A stretch of DNA of 64,000 nucleotides. Origin: the human T2T-CHM13v2.0 reference genome, Homo sapiens. The position numbers were made by a program, and so were the translations under genes. Numbering within the stretch: the stretch's first letter is position 1; each line of letters starts with the position of its first letter. The notes below the pieces were generated by a model. The model was not told where the DNA came from. It saw only the letters and a list, made by a program, of their open reading frames with translations, and did no database searches. This document shows positions 55,498 to 64,000 of the stretch, piece by piece. The DNA lies in NCBI RefSeq assembly GCF_009914755.1, contig NC_060930.1, one strand, 5' to 3'.

Positions 55498-56869
55498 TTG
55501 TATTGATTTTGTTTTCTGAAGTTGTTCCCTGTGCATATTATGGTTCAAATTAGTCAGAGATTCAGGTGGAGTTTATAAGCAGAATTTAGGGCTTTCTCTC
55601 CCTGACTCCATCTTTTTCAGAATTTTCTCCTCACTTTCCAGCAGCTCTGGTTGTCTTGAATTCCATCTTTGGGTTTTTTAAGCCAGTAAGACATAATTTT
55701 CCACTGGTTTTATTCACAACAGAGGGGATAGATTGTGGCCTGCCCTCATGCCAAAAGCTGAAAACAATTTTTTAAAAATTTAAAAAAGAGAAATGTAGCT
55801 GGTATCATTCCCTACATCCACAAATCAACTCTCTTCCAGTATCTGTGTGCTTGTACTCACTCCCTTGTGCCTTCAGTTAATTTTTTACGATATTTTGTCC
55901 AGATTTTATAGTTGTTATCTTTATGTAGATTGGCTCAATAGAAGGTACTTCACAGGGCCAGAAGCAGAACTCTCTCAAATGATGTCGATTTGGTGTTTCT
56001 TCTATTGTAAAAATGGGATGGTGTAGGTGGAGGAACAATTTGAAGTTTCGTTAACAACCTGGTGATATTTTCAGTTCCTGAATATTTTTGTAGTGCCTTC
56101 CAAGTTCTTGGCACTGTGATAGGTATTTAGAACACAAAGATAATAAAACCCATCAGCCCTGCTTTTGACTCAGCTTACACTTTTATTCCAGTTAAGAGAA
56201 AAGAACAATCTTCCCTGCCTTCTGGTCTACAAAATGGGAGCTCTCTATTGGCTTCAGCCTAGAAAAGGGGTTAAACTCATTATCACAACTGACAGGGAGG
56301 GGTAGGAACACAACTCGGTGCTAAATTGCATCCTTGTCGCTGCTATTTCACTCTATCCCTATGCCAACCCCAGTGATACCATTGATGTGTTTTCCTCACC
56401 CTCCTCTTACAGATGAAAAAAAAAATGAAACTCGAAAAGGTTCAATGTGATTTGGCTTTAGTCGCATGGTTAGTAAAGGGAGGAACTGAACAGCAAACGC
56501 AGTCTGTCTGACTCTAAACCCTGATTTCTTTCCACTTCCATTGACCAAATTTGGAAATATCCGGCCTTCACCTCACCATTCCCATCTCACTCTCATCATA
56601 TCACTGGACTCCAGTTTCCTTGTCTGTAAAGATAAAACTAACATGTGCTCTTGGTGTCTGGCCTTGCCCCATCGTGCCCTGCCCTACCTTTCCAAGATAG
56701 ACCAGATGATTTAAGGACTTTGGTGTTTCTATTGAATCGTAAAGTCTACCTTTTGAATACTGTGAGGATAAATCACTTTCAAGGTCTTTTGTTTTAAACT
56801 AGGAATCTCTGAGTTTCAGGCAACCTGCACCATTGCCCTTGGAGCTCCCTTCTCTGAACTCCTGTGATT

Positions 56870-57165
56870 CTTTTTGTTTTTTGGAGACAGAGTCTCACTT
56901 TGTCACCCAGATTGGAGTGCAGTGACACGATCTCTGCTCCCTGCAACCTCCCACCTCCTGGGTTCAAGCAATCGGTTCTCCTGCCTCAGGCTCCTGAGTT
57001 GCTAGGACTACAGGAGGGTGCCACCGTGCCCAGCTAACTTGTATTTTTAGTAGAGACAGGGTTTTGCCATGTTACCCAGGCTGGTCTCGAAGTCCTGACC
57101 TGAAGTGATCTGCCCACCTCAGCCTCCCAAAGTGCTGCGATTTCAGGCGTGAGCCACCATACTCA
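56870..57165 (-). mobile_element. AluS
   Basis: Antisense Alu body. Confidence 0.92.
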
Positions 57166-57399
57166 TATTTCTCCGTATTTTTAAAGATACTAAGTCCCAG
57201 ACAGGTTGACTTGTCCAAAGTCACAAAAGTTAGATGTGACAAGGATTTCCCCCAGCTTTCCCTTCTCTGCCCTTCAGTGAGACTGTGGCTGTCCTAATCC
57301 TGACTCACACAGTGGAAACTTAGCAAGTGATATTAATGATAATCACATTCACTACCATATATGAAGACCCTGCTTGCCTACTGGGAACTGTCAGTAGCT

Positions 57400-57600
57400 G
57401 TACTCACATTATTCAAACGTAACAGCAATCTTGCAAGTTAGCTGTCACTGGACCTGGCTTACAGATAAAAACAAAAAAGGAGATTTTTGAAATGTTAGCC
57501 ATCCCAGTCAAAGTTTCACAGTCAGCAAATGGCAGATCTGTGATTTGAAACCACATTCCAAGGCCCATACTCTTTCCAGTGATTTTTTTTCTTTATGCCA
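57400..57600 (-). mobile_element. MIR
   Basis: ttacagataaaa...tcacagtcagcaaatggcagatctgtgatttgaaacc. Confidence 0.55.
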
Positions 57601-58305
57601 TCTTTCCAAGGGGAAAAGATAACATGGAAATGTGACAAACTGTGAGGAGAATTTACAGTCTGCAGTCACTTGATTCAATGTATTCACTAGCAAAAATTCC
57701 CTCATTTATTTTCAGCCTGATTACCGCAGTTCTTGAGTAGTGTATCAGATAATGCTCTTTTTGTCCACCCTGTGGTGCAGAGCAGACAGAGGCCTTGGAA
57801 AGGTAGCTCACACAGCAGTGATGGGGCAAGATGGGTCCAGTGTAACAAATCCACCAAATTAGTGCCAAGGACACAGGGACTCCAACACTGTTTTCCGGAG
57901 GAATACACTGAACTGAGTCACTTGGGTATAAACATGTGTTTCTGCTCAGCAGAGCCAGACCCCACCTAACAAGCTGTTTCAGGGATATAAGCTGAACTAA
58001 TCTGTTTGCTCGTGAGGGTTGACTCCCAGCTGATGTATTGCAGTTGTTCTTGGCTCTACAAGCAAATGGGCATAAGGGAGTAATTGCTGTAGGTTCCCCA
58101 ACTTGACAACCAAAACTCCTGAGTGTTTACTGGGCATGCTCCATCCTGGCAGCTACTTTCAGCTCTCAGGAGAGACAAAGCCAGAGAAACGAAGGAAAAA
58201 ACCAGGTGGTGAGGGTTCAGCTTTACCTAGTAAAGCCAAAAATAGATAACGAATTGTCAAATGGTCCTGAAAATGTGTAAATATGACAAATGAGATCTGT
58301 TCTGA

Positions 58306-58683
<378 letters not shown>

Positions 58684-59376
58684 TGATTTAGATGTTTTGC
58701 TCAGGGCTTGGATGTAAATTCCTCCCATGTAGACACATAGCTATATGCATCCAAGTAGTCATGGTAGGCAGGTGTAATTGTTTTCAAGCTATTTCCTTAC
58801 AGATCGTGTTGATAATCGAGTGGAATGGACGTGGAGCAAGGCATGTTGCACAACGCTGAGATACGCACACTGTGCATTTACAGGCCCATAAACCAAGAGG
58901 CCAAACAGCCACAGTGGAAAAACCAAGAGGATAAAAGGGTAGTTTCTTACCTCACCATTACCTTTATATGCTGGGGCACAACCCTTAGCTTGCCTGTGAT
59001 AGCAAACACATGACTGAGTAACTAGATATCAGAAGACCTAGGTTCTAGTCTGAGCTCTTCCATGTTCCCACTTTGCAACTTGGTGGCCTCAGTTTCTTAA
59101 AATCTGGGCTTTTGGCTCTTGATATAGAAAACAGGAAGCACAACAGGGTAAAAAGTGCATTAAACTTGGACTAAACGACCTGGGGGAAGGTATTTAACCT
59201 CTCATAGCTGACTTGATGCAAAAGTCATTTTTCCACAATAATTTATGGAGTATTCTCTGGGAGTGTGGCAAAAAGCAAAATAGGCAAAACCCCTGCTCTT
59301 ATGGAGCTTACCTTTTAGGCAAATAGACAATAAGAAAATAAACAAATATGTAGACATAGAATACAATGCCAGATAG

Positions 59377-59547
59377 TGAGAAGCTGTATGAAAAAAAAAA
59401 AACTGGGATAAGGAAAAAAGGAGGGTTTGCCATTTTAGAGTGGCCAGAGGCAAATAATACTGAGAAGCTGTATGAAAAAAAATAAACTGGGATTAGGAAA
59501 AAAGGAGGGTTTGCCATTTTAGAGTGGCCAGAGGCAAATAATATTGA
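59377..59547. repeat. Tandem duplication, 2 x 84 bp (81/84 identical), in L2-like sequence
   Basis: 59377-59460 versus 59461-59544; tga microhomology. Confidence 0.95.
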
Positions 59548-60016
59548 CCTCAGCAAGTTATTTTGAGAAAGCTAAAGGGTAATGTATTTTAATGTATTAC
59601 ATCATGAAGTAAATGTACCATAGTATTGTTATTATTATTATTATTTTTTTGGAATGGCTGAAAGGACAACTTCCCACAAGATGAGAGTGGCATTTTCAGG
59701 CTATGTTCATGACTAAGTAACAAAGCTCAGCATACCAATTGCTGGCTTTTCATTTTCTCTGGTTTCTTTCAGTGCTGCTTTCTCAGCTTTCTGGGTTTTT
59801 TTTGTCTTCCTCATTTTTCTTTTTTTCATTTCTGCAGTGGGAACTTGACCTTTGGTAGCATGAACTTAATGAATGTAAAAACTTCTTATGAGCAAGTGGT
59901 GTTTGAAGGCACTTGATAAGGAGTCCATGGGTCATCTCTGTTCCCCAGCATTTGGGGATCAGCACAGGGCTCAGGCTTGGAGGCATGATGAGGAGCCTGT
60001 TTGTTTTGGAGAGACC

Positions 60017-60035
60017 GGTCCACCAGGTGGTAGAA
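60017..60035 (+). promoter_or_regulatory. CTCF-like motif
   Basis: ggtccaccaggtggtagaa; motif match only. Confidence 0.3.
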
Positions 60036-60519
60036 CCGTCCTGTTCAGGAAATGAGCCCTGAAGCAGTCAGGCCAGTGGAATTCCTCTGCCCAGAGCACA
60101 ACAAAGGGCTCCACTGTGCAGCCACATCCTGGTCCAGAAAGTGCCTGCAGGTAGCAAAACTCAGACCATGCACTAGTCTGACTCTTGGGTTCAAGGTTCC
60201 AGAATTAATGGAATGGATTTTCAGGGTTTTGGAAGAAAGCCAGTCACTGAGAGCTGACTCTCCCTCATCTGAAGCAAAACTCTCTGTTTAGTTCAAGTGC
60301 AACTCAATCTACAGGTTTCTAAGGAGTTGCCACCTCAAGCTACAGATCATTGCCCGTTGTGTAAACAGCATTGTGGGAAATTACAAAATTTAAAAAAACA
60401 TTTTAAATGTTTCTGCTTGTCTGGTCAACAGGCACTTTCCAATATCCTTTGAATCTGTTGCTGTTTCACATGCTTCTCACCTAAAACTGTTTATGGAATG
60501 GACTCTTTCCTAGAAACTT

Positions 60520-61338
<819 letters not shown>

Positions 61339-62246
61339 AAACTTATTCTAAGGTGCCAAGATTGAATGGAAGAGACTACAGTCTCCTGAACCCAATGAGT
61401 TTGAATCTCTTCAGTCTGAGTAACAGATTCCGATGAATGCTGCACAATTTTGCCCAATACCACACCAGTAATTCTTAGAAAATCTTTTCCTATAATTGAC
61501 ATTGAATTTTGGGGTACTCATCAAGTCCTAATTTTTGTCTTTAAGAAACTTGGGATCATTCTAAGGAACAAGCCTGCCAAGCACTGCCTCTGAGCATGAT
61601 CTTACAGATGTACTGAGTTTCACATTGTTCTTAAATTCTATAGATGATACACCAGCTTTATGTTTAGCCATGCTTAGTATCTGAGAAGGGTTGAAGGCTG
61701 CTGGAAGGATGTACATTAGCTCCCTGGCATTTCTGGCTTGCTATGTGCATGGCCACAAAGGGTTTCTCTCTCCACAAAAAGCCAGAAAACAAATGGACAC
61801 AGACGCTGACAGTTGCAAACTAAACCAACAAGCTCAGAAACGGTAAGACTTGAGGGGATACCGGGGGGTGCACCAACATCTGTTTCAGTTATCACATCCA
61901 GGCCTCAGGCACAGGAAGAGGGCAAAGATCTAGTCATCAACATTGTGGCTACAGCACGGTGACTGAGACTTAGGAACAAAATCAAAGCCCAGTTTTCCAA
62001 ACAGATGATGAATTCAAGCCAGATTAGCAGCAAAGTGTTCCTAGACTTGATGGTTTTTCTGAGCTTCCTAAATTACTTTTGCCTGGAAGAAAAAGAAGAA
62101 GGCTTAGAGTCTGGGAATCCTCCTGCTTCTGTCCGCCCTGACCACAGGCACAAGATCCCCCAGGCACACCCTGGTGGATTGTGCTGCCACTTCATTTCCT
62201 TGCTGCTGACTCTGACCTCAGCTCTTAATATGGAATGTCCTATAGA

Positions 62247-62375
62247 AGCTACTCGGGAGGCTGAGGCAGGAGAATCTCTTGACCTAGGAGGCGGAGGTTG
62301 CAGTGAGCCGTGATCATGCCACTGCATTTCAGGCTGGGTGACAGAGCGAGGCTCCTTTTCAAAAATAAAAGAAGA
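62247..62375 (+). mobile_element. 5'-truncated Alu right arm
   Basis: agctactcgggaggctgaggcaggagaatc...gacagagcgag plus A-rich tail. Confidence 0.85.
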
Positions 62376-63003
62376 AATGACAGGTTGGTTGTTTAGAAAT
62401 AAACCCAACCAAAGGCTCAAAGAGGACCAGAGGATAGAATTCCCCTTCTTAAGGAAATTAGTGAAGTTAAAGTTGAACCCAGCACAAAGTAGGTGGTAAA
62501 AAAATGTTAGGCCATTTTCTCCCAGCCCCTGCCGCCACTGACTTGGGGCTGCAGGGCAGAAACAGAGCCACAGAGCCATTCTGCATCTGCTCTCTAAGCT
62601 CTCCTGTAACTTTTATCTTAATAAAGAAAACACAGACAGTCAATTTGAGTCCTCCAGTGTGTATTTGTACTGCCTTTCCATTGGGAAATTCTCCCCACTG
62701 TTGAAGGGTTGTTGCTGAGGCCCCGTTGGACTGAGACAGTTAAACAGGATGGAACATGCAGGAAGGACGGCGGGGAACAAATCAGCATCATGAGGATGAA
62801 TTCGAGGAACCAACTGGTTTCTTCATCACTTGCCCAGTGGTTCCATGACATTTCACACTCAAGGTCACATAAGGAAAAATATTTCCTCCAAAGTCCCCTA
62901 GACTTTGTCTTTAATGTACTTTGAGGCAAGCACTTACATGAGAAGGAACAGGAGCAGAAAACTCTTTGTCCTTTTATTCTCATGCTTTTGGCTTCTCTGA
63001 CTT

Positions 63004-63022
63004 CAACCTGCAGAGGGCACTG
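63004..63022 (+). promoter_or_regulatory. CTCF-like motif
   Basis: caacctgcagagggcactg; motif match only. Confidence 0.25.
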
Positions 63023-63439
63023 ATCCTCAAAGAACCGGAAGACCTAGGCCTGGCATTGCAGAAGGCCAGCTGTTCACCCTGCAGGGAGGGGAAATCCTGA
63101 GCAGTTCTCTGCGAATAATTTATATGATGGAATTTAACCAGAGACCTTATGAGCATTTATAAATGGAGTCTTTTCCTCCATATATTATAAGGAAGCTCCC
63201 AAACCATGGCTCATGCTGTTCATTCCTTCCCTTTAGAGATGTTTTCCCCACCATCCTATCATTAGCACTATGCCTCTAATAGACTTTCTCTGGAAACTAA
63301 CCCAATATTTCCTGGTTACGTTCAGTATCTGAGTAACATCAGAAAGCTGAGAGAAATCTGGGACCCAGGAGCCAGTCCAGAGATTTTCAAGGTCATCAGG
63401 AGGTGATGCTACATGTTACCAAACACGGACATGAGTTTA

Positions 63440-63625
63440 CAGACTAAAAACCTGATTTGACATCCCACCTCTGTTTCTTATGACCTTGGGCAAGTTATAC
63501 AACCACACTGCAAGCTTACCTGTAAATGGAAATTATAATTAATCTTGTAATATTGTGGCATGTCATCATTTCATTTGGGTATGTAAAAAGGTAGCATTGT
63601 ACCTAGCACAAAATAAGTGCTTTGT
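63440..63625 (+). mobile_element. MIR
   Basis: tgaccttgggcaagtta...ctgtaaatgg...acctagcacaaaataagtgct. Confidence 0.7.
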
Positions 63626-64000
63626 AAAGCTAGTTCTTTTTTTTGCCATCCTTCTCTCTATCTTTAATGATACTATACAGGATGGCATGATTTCTAGGCG
63701 AAACTTTCTAAAGAAGTTTCACCACTTTCTTGAATTCAATATTTGCCCCCCTAAAAAATAAATTTTTTTCATTTGTCTGGCATTCCCTCAAACAACAAGG
63801 AAGAGTAAAGGCCACTTCAGAGTCAGAAAGTTAGCTAACCAAGAAGCCCTAGGGCTCTCTTCACTCTTGTAACTCTGATTCCTACAGAATTGCGGGGAGT
63901 GGGTAGAGTCTCCAGGCCAGATCAGTCTATGGGGGATGAGTGTGGAAACTAAACTTAGCAGGAAACTCTCCTATAATGTGAGATCCCCCAACCCCATGCC

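Noticed and set aside
62073-62579. 168-aa ORF
   Set aside because: The middle is an antisense Alu translation and the rest has no support.

Overview
Primate (human or great-ape-like) genomic DNA, AT-rich, with no CpG island and no intact protein-coding gene that I can support. About half of the window is interspersed repeat: roughly 23 Alu copies or fragments (many with readable target-site duplications, TSDs), L1 fragments from young L1PA2-like to old L1M, MaLR/ERVL LTRs, MIR/L2/L3, and DNA transposons (Ricksha MULE, MER44/Tigger7, Tigger3b, MER1B, MER33, MER102). Nearly all ORFs in the supplied track are Alu, L1 or Tigger artefacts or chance ORFs. The main unexplained structure is a run of plus-strand splice signals at about 21.35-26.1 kb. 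They reconstruct a decayed five-exon gene with a 7-nt first coding exon, intron phases 1-0-0-0 and a signal-peptide-like N-terminus. This is the architecture of long-chain four-helix cytokines (IL6/IL11/CSF3, GH/PRL), and exon 2 is split by an old L1, so it is a candidate lost cytokine gene (unitary pseudogene). Other notable items: two perfect tandem duplications 6-8 bp apart, candidate minus-strand non-coding exons at 7.7-10.5 kb, two twin-primed L1s, repeated L1 insertion at one target site, and possible Tc1/mariner footprints. Subfamily names and homologies were judged by eye from remembered consensus sequences and need RepeatMasker/HMM confirmation.
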